Shown: piece by piece, positions 28,682 through 40,351 of the stretch | Numbering within the stretch: position 1 is the stretch's first letter | How the letters are laid out: each line of letters begins with the position of its first letter | NCBI GenBank assembly: GCA_024402125.1 | Contig: JAKSJT010000001.1 | Location: 1-40,868, forward strand | Reading direction: 5' to 3' | DNA from: Bacteroidales bacterium | GTDB taxonomy: Bacteria > Bacteroidota > Bacteroidia > Bacteroidales > UBA932 | Length of the DNA stretch: 40,868 bases | Program-made: the position numbers and the translations under genes | The notes under the pieces: generated by a model | What the model was told of the DNA's origin: nothing | Databases searched by the model: none | Seen by the model: the letters and a program-made list of their open reading frames with translations, nothing else

Positions 28682-31639
28682 ATGATTAAGAAACTGACTT
28701 TGGCAATTGCTGCCATTCTCTTAAGCTGTGTAATGTTTGCACAGACTCCAACTGGTGGAGTTAAGGGAACGGTTGTAAACCGTGCTGACAGATCAGCTAT
28801 TGCGGGTGCTGTTTTGGTCCTTTACGATGGAGCAGAGCAGATCGCTACAGCAACTTCTGCAAGTGACGGTACATTCCTTATCAGCGGTCTTGCTGACGGA
28901 ATGTATAGTCTTGTCGTTACAGCTGATGAGTATCTTCAGAACAACATCAATGTAACAGTCAATGACGGATATGTCAAGAATATGTTCAATCTTTCGATGA
29001 CTCCATCAAAGGTAGTCCTTGAGGTTGATGATTCAAATTTCGCTGACTTCGATATGGATGACTCAGGTTACTCTGATTCTCCAGTTATCCTCTATGGTCA
29101 GAATGACGTGTTCAACAATATCGCTGGATACAACTTCAGTGATATCCGTTTCAGGGCTCGTGGTTATACAAGTGAGGCTCAGGATGTCTACCTTGCTGGA
29201 ATTAAGATGAACGATGCCATTACAGGCTATTCACCTTATTCTTTGTGGAGTGGTCTCAACGAGGCAACCAGAACAAAGGACAGCGTAACAGGTGCTGAGA
29301 TTTCTGACTATGGATTCGGTGGTGTCAATGGCCTTACCAATATCGCAGCCAATGCAGGTAGCGTCAGAACTGGTTGGAGAGGAAGCGTATTGACTAACAG
29401 CGCACTCTATCGTTTGAGACTTATGATGAGCTACGCATCAGGTAAGCTTGACAACGGCTGGTCATATGCGTTCAACTTCTCAACTCGTCTTGGTGGAAAT
29501 GACTGGATCAAGGGACAGTACTATAGATCATTCGGATATTATGGAGCTGTTGAGAAGTCATTCAATGACACTCATAAGCTTGGTCTTATCCTTATGGCTG
29601 CTCCAGGACAGCGTGGAACACAGCAGGCATCAACTCAGGAAGTGTATGACTTGATGGGGGACAACATGTACAACTCTAACTGGGGTTATCAGAACGGAAA
29701 GGTTCGTAACTCTAGAGTAAAGAGTGGTCATGAACCTATTGCTGTTCTTAAGTATGACTATACACCTTCTCAGAAGTTCCAGGCTACAGCAACAGTTCTT
29801 TACCGCTTCGGTTGGAATGGTTCAACAGCAATTGACTTCTACAATGCAGCAGACCCTAGACCTGATTACTACAGAAACCTTCCAAGCTATTTCTACATGG
29901 AGAATGCTGACTATGGCAGAAACAACCTTGATAAGGCTCTTTGGGCACAGGATTCATGGACTCAGAACATTGGCGGTATCGCACATATGAACTGGGATGC
30001 AATGTATGCTGCAAATATGAGGAATTCAAGCATCCTCTATGGCCAGAGGAGAAATCGTTCTGTATACGTTCAGGAGCAGAGAAGAGTAGATCAGAGAGAC
30101 CTCAATGCTGCATTCACTTTCAAGTGGCATCCAATCAATGCTCTTAACTTCGCAGGTGGTGTAAATGGAAAGATCAATAGGACAGAGAACTATAAGATCG
30201 CTGCAGATCTATTGGGTGGTGACTACTACCTGAACACAGACTCTTTTGCTGAGCGTGAATATCATTCAGCAGCATATATTCAGAATGACCTTGATTACTT
30301 CATGTCTCATGGTGGCAATCCTCAGATTATCCATGAGGGTGACAAGTACGGTTATGACTACTATGCTCAGATCCGTAAGGCTGAGGCATTCCTAAATGGA
30401 ACATACACAAACGGTGGCTTCAAGGCTACAGTATCAGGAAAGGTTGGTTACACTACATTCTGGAGAGAGGGTCTCTATCGTAAGGGCCTTTTCGCAGGTC
30501 TTGATGAGAACGGTGAAGAAATCTCTTATGATGGTGTAACTCTTACTTCTTACGACTCTATCACAGGAGAAGTAATCTCTTCAAAGGGTAAGTCAAAGGC
30601 TCCAAACTTCCTCACAGGTGGTGTTAAGCTCAATCTCGAGTACGTAATTAACGGTGGACACAGATTCTATGCTAACGGTGGAATTATCAGCGATGCTCCT
30701 ACATTCAGCCAGGCATTCATCTCTCCTCGTACCAGAAATTCCCTTACTCCAGATCTTAAGCCATTCAAGACATACTCTGGTGATGTGAACTATCAGTTCA
30801 GCTCATCAGGATATGATGTCCGTATTACAGGATACTGGACAAAGATCATGGATCAGAGTGATGTGATGAGCTTCTACGATGACAGCCAGAACTCATTCAC
30901 AAACTTCGCCATGAGCGGAATCAACCAGCGTCATGCAGGTGTCGAACTTGGTTTCAAGGTGCCTACGCCTATTTCAAACCTCTCACTTCAGGGCGTTTTG
31001 AGCTGGGGTCAGTTCGTGTATACATCTAACCCTAAGATGTATCAGACAGTTGATAACAACGCATCAATCGTTAAGGATACTTACGGAATTACAATCCCTT
31101 ATTGGAAGAGTCATCCAGTATTCAAGAAGGATGCAGACGGTTCATATGCAACAGATGCTGATGGTGCCTATGTCTTTGACCACAACGAGCAGCACTTCGT
31201 TGCAGGAACTCCACAGCTTGCTGCAAGCCTTGGTCTTTCATACAACTATAACTACTGGTTCATTGATTTCGATGCTGACTACTTCACAAACTCTTACCTT
31301 GACATGAACCCTCTGTATAGAACTGATATGGCAACAGCTGGTCCAGACAAGACTGTGACACCTGTTGAGGTTGAGTACATGGCAGCTCAGGAGAAGTTTG
31401 ATCCTGCATTCCTTGTGAACCTCAGTATCGGTAAGTCTTGGTATATCCAGAGAAAGTATCAGGTCGGATTCTCACTCAATGTGAAGAACCTTGCAAACAA
31501 CAGAAATGTCAAGACCGGTGGTTACGAGCAGACTCGTCTGATCGACTCTTCAAGCAAGGAGCGTTATTACCGTTTCGATTCAAGATACTTCTACATGCCA
31601 GGTACTAACTATATGTTGAACGTTTATTTCAGATTCTAA
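28682..31639 (+). CDS. TonB-dependent receptor (non-SusC type) with carboxypeptidase-regulatory-like N-domain
   Basis: Signal peptide; RFRARGY plug, WSGLNE, YNSNWGYQNGKVRN, DPRPDYYRNLPSY, DLLGGDY; C-terminal YFRF. Confidence 0.88.
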   Translation: MIKKLTLAIAAILLSCVMFAQTPTGGVKGTVVNRADRSAIAGAVLVLYDGAEQIATATSASDGTFLISGLADGMYSLVVTADEYLQNNINVTVNDGYVKNMFNLSMTPSKVVLEVDDSNFADFDMDDSGYSDSPVILYGQNDVFNNIAGYNFSDIRFRARGYTSEAQDVYLAGIKMNDAITGYSPYSLWSGLNEATRTKDSVTGAEISDYGFGGVNGLTNIAANAGSVRTGWRGSVLTNSALYRLRLMMSYASGKLDNGWSYAFNFSTRLGGNDWIKGQYYRSFGYYGAVEKSFNDTHKLGLILMAAPGQRGTQQASTQEVYDLMGDNMYNSNWGYQNGKVRNSRVKSGHEPIAVLKYDYTPSQKFQATATVLYRFGWNGSTAIDFYNAADPRPDYYRNLPSYFYMENADYGRNNLDKALWAQDSWTQNIGGIAHMNWDAMYAANMRNSSILYGQRRNRSVYVQEQRRVDQRDLNAAFTFKWHPINALNFAGGVNGKINRTENYKIAADLLGGDYYLNTDSFAEREYHSAAYIQNDLDYFMSHGGNPQIIHEGDKYGYDYYAQIRKAEAFLNGTYTNGGFKATVSGKVGYTTFWREGLYRKGLFAGLDENGEEISYDGVTLTSYDSITGEVISSKGKSKAPNFLTGGVKLNLEYVINGGHRFYANGGIISDAPTFSQAFISPRTRNSLTPDLKPFKTYSGDVNYQFSSSGYDVRITGYWTKIMDQSDVMSFYDDSQNSFTNFAMSGINQRHAGVELGFKVPTPISNLSLQGVLSWGQFVYTSNPKMYQTVDNNASIVKDTYGITIPYWKSHPVFKKDADGSYATDADGAYVFDHNEQHFVAGTPQLAASLGLSYNYNYWFIDFDADYFTNSYLDMNPLYRTDMATAGPDKTVTPVEVEYMAAQEKFDPAFLVNLSIGKSWYIQRKYQVGFSLNVKNLANNRNVKTGGYEQTRLIDSSSKERYYRFDSRYFYMPGTNYMLNVYFRF

Positions 31640-31641
31640 TT

Positions 31642-32625
31642 ATGAGAAAGATATACAACATTTTCCTTGCAGCAGTCGCTGCAGCAGTTTGTTTGTCGTC
31701 TTGTGAGGAATGGGAACCAGTATTCACAACAGAGTACGATACCCCTGAAATAACAGAGACAGAACTTAAAGCAAACACAACAATTACCGAGATCAAGGCA
31801 ATGTACAAGAATGCTCCTGTCAAGATTGATGATGATATCATTATCAAGGGACAGGTTACAACTTCAGACGCTGAGGGTAACTTCTATCGTTCATTCTATA
31901 TTCAGGATGAAACAGGTGCTATCGAAATAAAGATCGGTCAGTCTTATACTTGTAACACTTATAAGCTTGGCCAGTGGGTATATATCAAGTGCTCAGGTCT
32001 TACTATCGGTAAGTACGGCGGAATGATTCAGCTTGGATTCCAGGATTACACAGGATCATATGAGACAGCCTACATGGATGTCAAGTATATCATAGATTCT
32101 CACATTTTCAAGGGTAAGCTTGACACTCCAGTTGCTCCTGTGGTGATTGACGAGGCAGGGCTTACAAAGCCTGAGAACTATGGTAAGTATGTAACTGTTA
32201 AGGGCCTTACTTACGGAAATGAGGTATTTGCTATCCTTTATGACGCTAATAGAACAGGTCTTTACCTTAGTGACACAGCATGTGGTATCGACACATGGGC
32301 TATGTCAGAGAATGGATTCAAGGCTTATATGACAGCAACAACAGGTAAGGAAGAGCCTCAGTCTGCTTTTGCTGGAAACGTGACAAAGGATAACTGGAAG
32401 GCTTACTATTCCGCTTCATCAGCATATGATGTGAGCCAGTACTTCAAGATCGGTAAGACAGATCTTCAGGTAAGAACCAGTGGCTACTCGAAGTTTGCAG
32501 ACACTAAGATTCCAGCAGAGATTCTTGCAGGAGCAGTGACAGAACTTACAGGTATCCTTACTATCTATAACCAGAATATCCAGTTCGTTCTTATTGACGA
32601 TTCATCAAAGTCTATCAAGTATTAA
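31642..32625 (+). CDS. DUF5689-like OB-fold surface lipoprotein
   Basis: Lipobox LSSC-EE; NTTITEIK, IIKGQVTTSDAEGNFYRSFYIQDETGAI, VRTSGYSKFA, LTGILT.Y. Confidence 0.8.
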   Translation: MRKIYNIFLAAVAAAVCLSSCEEWEPVFTTEYDTPEITETELKANTTITEIKAMYKNAPVKIDDDIIIKGQVTTSDAEGNFYRSFYIQDETGAIEIKIGQSYTCNTYKLGQWVYIKCSGLTIGKYGGMIQLGFQDYTGSYETAYMDVKYIIDSHIFKGKLDTPVAPVVIDEAGLTKPENYGKYVTVKGLTYGNEVFAILYDANRTGLYLSDTACGIDTWAMSENGFKAYMTATTGKEEPQSAFAGNVTKDNWKAYYSASSAYDVSQYFKIGKTDLQVRTSGYSKFADTKIPAEILAGAVTELTGILTIYNQNIQFVLIDDSSKSIKY

Positions 32626-32630
32626 AATAA

Positions 32631-34649
32631 ATGAAAAAGTTAGTAGTGCTAATGGCAGCAGCAATGACACTTGCAGCATGCAATTCAAGGGTTAACCCCT
32701 TCTTTGAAGAGTGGACAACTCCTTACGGAATTCCACCATTTGACAAGATTCAGATAAGCGACTATCTTCCAGCAGTGAAGGCTGGTATTGATGAGCAGAG
32801 AGCAGAGATCGCTGCTATCGTCGCTAATCCTGATACTCCAACATTCGAGAACACAATCGTTCCTTACGAGCTCTCAGGAGGTCTTCTCGCAAAGGTTACA
32901 GGCGTTCTCTACAATGTTTCTGAGACAGAGTCTACAGATGCACTCAATGAGGTAATGGACGAGGTTACACCTCTAGTTACTGACCTTGAGAATGACATAA
33001 TGCTTAATAAGGGTCTCTATGAGAGAATCAAGGCCGTATATGAGGCAGATCAGAGTTCTCTTACAAGAGAGCAGCAGGTTGTTCTAGAGAAACTCTACAA
33101 GTATTTCGAGAACAGCGGTATCGGTCTTGACGAAGCAGCCCAGAGCGAGCTTAAGGAGATCAACGGCAAGATCGCAGTAGCTTCTCAGAAGTTCGGTAAC
33201 AACCTTCTTGCTGAGAACAATGCTTTCGCTGAGAAGTTCGGTATCTCAGTGTCAATGTACTCTGCAAACATGACAACATGTGAGGACAGAAACCTTAGAG
33301 AGCAGATGTTCAAGGCATACTCTATGAGAGGTCATAACGGCAATGAGAATGACAACCGTGCTCTTGCAACTGAGATTCTTGCACTTAAGACAAGAAAGGC
33401 TCAGCTTATGGGCTACGAGTCAGCAGCAGAGTATCTTCTCAATGACAAGATGGCTCATGATCCTCAGACAGTGGATTCATTCCTTGCTGAAATCATGGAA
33501 GCATCAATGAAGGCAGCTAAGGCTGACATCATTGATATGCAGAAGGTGATGAATGAGGATATCAAGGCTGGTAAGGTTCCTGCTGGATCAAAGATTCAGC
33601 CATGGGACTGGTTCTACTACGCAGAGAAAGTCAGAATGGCAAAGTATGACCTTGACGAGAGCATCACTTCACAGTATTTCGCTATGGAGAATGTTCGTAA
33701 GGGCGTATTCGAGACAGCTCATCTTCTCTATGAAATCAATGTTGAACCACTAAATGATGTGCCTGTCTATAACCCAGGTGTAGAGACATTCAAGGTAACA
33801 GACGCAGACGGATCTCTTATCGGTATCTTCACAACAGACTACTTCCCTCGCTCGACAAAAAGAGGTGGTGCATGGATGAACAACATCCGTGAGCAGTATG
33901 TTGATGCAAACGGCAATGATGTTCGTCCTATCATTGTTAACGTCGGTAACATGACAGCTCCAACAGACTCTACTCCAGGTCTACTTACTATAGACGAGGT
34001 ACAGACTGTACTCCATGAGTCTGGACACGCTCTTCACGGCCTTCTCGCAAAGTGCCACTATAAGAGTGTAAGTGGAACAAATGTAACACGTGACTTTGTT
34101 GAGACATTCTCGCAGTTCAACGAGAACTGGGCCTTCCAGCCAGAAATTCTTGCTAAGTATGCATTCCACTATAAGACAGGTGAGCTTATTCCAGCAGACC
34201 TTGTAGAGAAGATCAACAATGCTCTCAAGTTCAACCAGGGCTTCACAACAGGTGAGCTTTGTGCAGCTTCTATCCTTGATATGAAGCTCCACGAGACTCC
34301 AATTGCAATCGGTGAGAACTTCGATCTCGATGCATTTGAGACAAAGGTTTGCAAGGAGATGGGCCTTATTGATGAGATTATCCCTAGATACCGTACAACA
34401 TACTTTAACCATATCTTCAACAGTGGTTATAGTGCGGGTTATTACGGATATCTTTGGACAGAGGTCCTCGACAAGGATGCATTTGATTACTTCGTAAAGA
34501 ACGGCATGTTCAATCATGAGATCTCAATGAAGTTCAGAAGAACATTCCTTGAGAAGGGTGGTAGTGAGGAACCAATGACTCTTTACCTCAGCTTCACAGG
34601 TGCTGATCCTGATCCATCAGCTCTTCTTAGAGCAAGAGGTCTTAAATAG
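32631..34649 (+). CDS. M3-family metallopeptidase (peptidyl-dipeptidase Dcp-like) lipoprotein
   Basis: Lipobox LAAC; PPFDKI, PTFENTI, KRGGAWM, HESGHALH zinc motif, RDFVE, HIF.SGYSAGYY. Confidence 0.93.
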   Translation: MKKLVVLMAAAMTLAACNSRVNPFFEEWTTPYGIPPFDKIQISDYLPAVKAGIDEQRAEIAAIVANPDTPTFENTIVPYELSGGLLAKVTGVLYNVSETESTDALNEVMDEVTPLVTDLENDIMLNKGLYERIKAVYEADQSSLTREQQVVLEKLYKYFENSGIGLDEAAQSELKEINGKIAVASQKFGNNLLAENNAFAEKFGISVSMYSANMTTCEDRNLREQMFKAYSMRGHNGNENDNRALATEILALKTRKAQLMGYESAAEYLLNDKMAHDPQTVDSFLAEIMEASMKAAKADIIDMQKVMNEDIKAGKVPAGSKIQPWDWFYYAEKVRMAKYDLDESITSQYFAMENVRKGVFETAHLLYEINVEPLNDVPVYNPGVETFKVTDADGSLIGIFTTDYFPRSTKRGGAWMNNIREQYVDANGNDVRPIIVNVGNMTAPTDSTPGLLTIDEVQTVLHESGHALHGLLAKCHYKSVSGTNVTRDFVETFSQFNENWAFQPEILAKYAFHYKTGELIPADLVEKINNALKFNQGFTTGELCAASILDMKLHETPIAIGENFDLDAFETKVCKEMGLIDEIIPRYRTTYFNHIFNSGYSAGYYGYLWTEVLDKDAFDYFVKNGMFNHEISMKFRRTFLEKGGSEEPMTLYLSFTGADPDPSALLRARGLK

Positions 34650-34680
34650 TACAGAGTTTTATTGACTCAATAATTAAGAG

Positions 34681-34720
34681 AAGAAAGGTTAGTCTCAATA
34701 TGAGGTTAACCTTTCTTTTT
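34681..34720. terminator. Bidirectional intrinsic terminator
   Basis: AAGAAAGGTTAGTCTCA-ATA-TGAGGTTAACCTTTCTT plus T-tract, between convergent genes. Confidence 0.85.
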
Positions 34721-34752
34721 CTTTGTTGTCAGGAAATGCTTAATTGTCAGGT

Positions 34753-35121
34753 TTAGTCATCCCATGTGATGCGGATCTCTTTAGGCATGTGTCCGAACAC
34801 GAATCTTGTGACATTGCAGATCCATACCTCTTTGGGCATCTTCAAGTTGTTTTTTGTGAATTCATCCAGGACTTCGACTGAGTACCATCCGCCGAAGTTT
34901 ATCTTATATTTGAGACGGAGGATTATCTTTGGGAATTTGGCGCCAGTTCTCAGAGTGAACATATTGGCGCTGCCACTTATGCGCTCGAGCATGTCCTCGG
35001 TACCACATACCATCTCACGATTATTTTCAGGAATAAGCCAGTTAAGCCAGCTGATAAACCATCGATAGTGGATAGTTGATCCGAGATTAGAAATAGCCTT
35101 TCTGTAGAATGTCAGTTTCAT
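34753..35121 (-). CDS. Small hypothetical protein, possibly DUF6717-like
   Basis: 122 aa, A-rich start context; EMVCG.EDMLE, GGWY and WIC.V..FVFG..P..I resemble my recollection of DUF6717 (unverified). Confidence 0.55.
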   Translation of the reverse strand: MKLTFYRKAISNLGSTIHYRWFISWLNWLIPENNREMVCGTEDMLERISGSANMFTLRTGAKFPKIILRLKYKINFGGWYSVEVLDEFTKNNLKMPKEVWICNVTRFVFGHMPKEIRITWDD

Positions 35122-35395
35122 AAAAAATTGGTTTTAAAATGTTCATGGTATATACGATACGGACTTCTAAATCTTTTTATAACCCCACTGAAGTGCTCTA
35201 GAACGGCGATTTGACTCATTCTGCCTACATGATCATTGTATGGAAGTTGGGTAAGATATAGTATGTCGATTGCATGTAGATATCATGATTATTAAATTTT
35301 TTATTGTCAAAAGTGAGTGTTATTAAAGAAAAGAAACTATCTTTAATACAAATAATTCAATTCTTTGCTTTTTGCAGGAACTGAAAGACTTTTAA

Positions 35396-36535
<1,140 letters not shown>

Positions 36536-36578
36536 TCTGTTAGCTTTTGACATATTATTGTCAAATATTAAATAAATG

Positions 36579-36614
36579 ATCGGCTGGCCATAATGATTGG
36601 TCAGTCGATTTTTT
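36579..36614 (+). terminator. Intrinsic terminator
   Basis: ATCGGCTGGCCA-7 nt-TGGTCAGTCGAT plus T-tract. Confidence 0.75.
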
Positions 36615-36705
36615 ATTGTTCTGATTAAGTAGAAGGCTGGAATGTTTCTTTCTGGTGGCAGAATTCGTATATTAGTGGAGTAAAAGCACATTTAAACTTT
36701 AATAA

Positions 36706-37878
<1,173 letters not shown>

Positions 37879-37901
37879 TCGATACTGAGGTATAGAGAAC
37901 G

Positions 37902-37941
37902 AAAAAGGGGAACTTGTCCTGATTGGATTGGTTCCTTTGTT
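37902..37941. terminator. Possible terminator hairpin between convergent esterase and AraC genes
   Basis: A-tract-GGGGAAC...GTTCCTTT imperfect inverted repeat. Confidence 0.45.
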
Positions 37942-37976
37942 ATGTAAAGTGATTAAGGTCAGCTTCAAGAGATAGA

Positions 37977-38870
37977 CTATTCTGAACTTATGAACATCCG
38001 GGGAGTCATGCCTGACACCTTCTTGAAGATGCGGGAGAAGTGGTGAGGGTACTCAAACCCTAGTCTGTAGGCAGTCTCCGAGATGCTGTAGCCTCTCATA
38101 AGGAGATTTTTGCCCTGATCCACTACAAAACTATGGATGTAGCCGATGGCAGTACCGCCTGTAGCTCTGTGCACCATGTCCCCGAAGTATCTGGCCGAAT
38201 ATGCAAGCTCACCTGCAAAATATGCTACTGATGGTATGCCGAATTTTATCTGCTGATTGGTGCGGTAGTATTCCTCAAGCAGATAATTGAACTTCTTTAG
38301 TATGTCTCGATCCTTTGACTGAGGTGCCTCCAGCTGTCGCAAATAGATACGGTTACAGTATTCCATAATAAGACGCAGATAGCCCAAAATAACACCACGT
38401 AGAGCAGGGGAGTCCTCATTCTGCTGCAATTCTGTCCTGAGCTGCTCAATAAGATGTGTGATGTGTTCCCATTCCATTTCCGTCATCTTGAGAGAGTCTG
38501 TTGCAAAATATGAGAAGTAATGGAAATCCTTGATTTTTTCTCCCAATTCGGTGTTGTGTATAAGCTCCGGAGACCATAACACAGCCCAACCGGAAAATGA
38601 CAGCAGGCTGCCATCATCTTCTCTTCCTCCTACCTGGCCTGGAGCTACAGCAATAATAGAGCCTTCCTCAGCCTTGTATGGGCGCATTCCGTAAGAGAGA
38701 TCATTTGGAAATTCACGCTGGATGAAAAGACCGTATACACCGTAGTTGTTCAAACTGCTATGGATCTTGAGCTCGTCATAATGGACAATGCTGACAAGTG
38801 GATGTACAACAGGTGCACCCACAAATTCTGCATAGTCGTTCGGATTTGAGACTTTTAGGATATTTTTCAT
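37977..38870 (-). CDS. AraC-family transcriptional regulator
   Basis: C-terminal double HTH PSVAYFA.EL..S.RYF...SISETAYRLGFEYPHHFSRIFKK..GMTP; likely start MKNILKV at 38870 (alternative 38888). Confidence 0.95.
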   Translation of the reverse strand: MKNILKVSNPNDYAEFVGAPVVHPLVSIVHYDELKIHSSLNNYGVYGLFIQREFPNDLSYGMRPYKAEEGSIIAVAPGQVGGREDDGSLLSFSGWAVLWSPELIHNTELGEKIKDFHYFSYFATDSLKMTEMEWEHITHLIEQLRTELQQNEDSPALRGVILGYLRLIMEYCNRIYLRQLEAPQSKDRDILKKFNYLLEEYYRTNQQIKFGIPSVAYFAGELAYSARYFGDMVHRATGGTAIGYIHSFVVDQGKNLLMRGYSISETAYRLGFEYPHHFSRIFKKVSGMTPRMFISSE

Positions 38871-38887
38871 GATTGCGAAAATAACCA

Positions 38888-38958
38888 TTTATGTCGAAAT
38901 GTCCGTTATTTATGGTGTGTAAAAGCTTTGTTTATGGTGACAATATGCGATATTGGTT
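38888..38958. promoter_or_regulatory. Phased direct repeats (TTTATGGTG-like), candidate AraC operator
   Basis: TTTATGTCG at 38888, TTTATGGTG at 38909 and 38931, degenerate TATTGGTT at 38951; spacing 20-22 bp. Confidence 0.55.
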
Positions 38959-39002
38959 AATATATCAGCGGAATATGTACATGAGGTTGGTTTGTTAAGG
39001 AG

Positions 39003-39010
39003 TAACTTTG
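39003..39010 (+). promoter_or_regulatory. -7 box (TAACTTTG) for the flavodoxin operon
   Basis: Exact TAnnTTTG 22 nt upstream of ATG 39033. Confidence 0.7.
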
Positions 39011-39032
39011 TAATGTGAATAAATCGATCTCG

Positions 39033-39692
39033 ATGAAAATGTTACAGACATTATTAATGATAGCGACAGCTGCTATAACCATCGGTTCATGCAGCGTACC
39101 TGAAGTTGTTCCTTCTCTCAATGAAAAAAAGCAGGAAGAGACGAAGGAGGAGGAAAGTAAGCCTGATTCAGGTCCAGAAACATCAGAAGGCAAGACCCTT
39201 GTGATTTACTATAGTTACACAGGTAATACTCGTGAGATTGTGGCAGATCTTAAAAAGCAGATCAGCTGTGATGTGGTTGAGGTTATACCAGAAGGTAAGT
39301 ACGATTACAATGCCAACAACTACAAGATTGGAGCAGATCAGATTAATGCAATCAATGCTAATCCGGATAAAGAGTCGTCATATCCTGCAATCAAAGAAAC
39401 GAAGATTGACATGGAACAGTACGGCACAATAATCATCGCAACTCCGCTGTGGCATGCAAGGATGGCTTCCAATACGCAGACTCTGCTTTTCCAATACGGA
39501 AAGCAGATGTCAGGCAAAAAGATCGGGCTCATAGTCAGCAGCCATAGTAGTGGTATCAGTGGTGTGGAATCCGATGCAAAGCGACTTGTTCCTGAAGGGA
39601 AATTCACAAAAAGCCTCTGGATAAATGCAAACAATCATTCCAGTAGAGCGTCCCTTGTCAGTAAATGGCTATCTGAAAACGGAATCAAATAG
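39033..39692 (+). CDS. Flavodoxin-domain lipoprotein (Flavodoxin_4-like)
   Basis: Lipobox IGSC, charged linker, LVIYYSYTGNT FMN loop, YPAI, TPLW, SSHSSG; start MKMLQ at 39033. Confidence 0.88.
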   Translation: MKMLQTLLMIATAAITIGSCSVPEVVPSLNEKKQEETKEEESKPDSGPETSEGKTLVIYYSYTGNTREIVADLKKQISCDVVEVIPEGKYDYNANNYKIGADQINAINANPDKESSYPAIKETKIDMEQYGTIIIATPLWHARMASNTQTLLFQYGKQMSGKKIGLIVSSHSSGISGVESDAKRLVPEGKFTKSLWINANNHSSRASLVSKWLSENGIK

Positions 39693-39780
39693 ATCGGTTT
39701 CACCGTTACCAGTCAGGGAGTGATTATCATTCTGGAACCAAGTATATAATTAGAATCCTTATCAAAATTAGCACATAACA

Positions 39781-40344
39781 ATGAAAAAGAATATCGGACA
39801 GAAACTAGCACTCTATCCTACACCAGCAACAGTAGTAGGTACTGTTGGAGAAGATGGTCAGGTAAATTGGCTGCTCGTGGCTCACGTAGGTATCGTCAGT
39901 CACTCGAAGTTGCTGTTGAGCATTCATTCGGCTCATTACAGCGTGAAGTCTATTGACGCTACAAAACGTCTGTCTGTCAACATCATCGACGAGGCTTTTG
40001 TATCTGCTGCAGACTATACCGGAGGTGTGAGTGGCTCCAATACTGACAAGTCAAAGGTTCTGCCTTATCATCTTGGTGATGCAGGAATGCCAGTGGTTGA
40101 TCAGTCGCCACTTGTTATGGAGTGTGAAGTCATCGATACTTACGAGATTGACGGATTCCATAACTACATCTGTACGATTCTCAACACATATGTCGAAGAG
40201 GATATGCTCGGGGATAACGATAAGCCAGATTATGAGAAACTGAAGCCTGTGCTCTTCGAAATGCCGACCTATAAGTATCTGCGTACCGGTGGTGTTATCG
40301 GTGACTGCGTGAAGATGGGTAAAGCTTATGGTGAGACATTGTAG
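39781..40344 (+). CDS. Flavin reductase-like (flavoredoxin) protein
   Basis: LYPTPATVVG, ADY.G.VSG..TDK, PLVMECEV, LKPVLF. Confidence 0.9.
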   Translation: MKKNIGQKLALYPTPATVVGTVGEDGQVNWLLVAHVGIVSHSKLLLSIHSAHYSVKSIDATKRLSVNIIDEAFVSAADYTGGVSGSNTDKSKVLPYHLGDAGMPVVDQSPLVMECEVIDTYEIDGFHNYICTILNTYVEEDMLGDNDKPDYEKLKPVLFEMPTYKYLRTGGVIGDCVKMGKAYGETL

Positions 40345-40351
40345 AAAACTT

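Noticed and set aside
14765-32625. Classical SusC/SusD polysaccharide utilisation locus
   Set aside because: Neither receptor shows SusC signature motifs, and there is no SusD-like partner, glycoside hydrolase or HTCS/ECF regulator.
39693-39780. Possible gene remnant between flavodoxin and flavin reductase (reads GFTVTSQGVIIILEPSI*)
   Set aside because: Too short, has no start codon and no recognisable homology.
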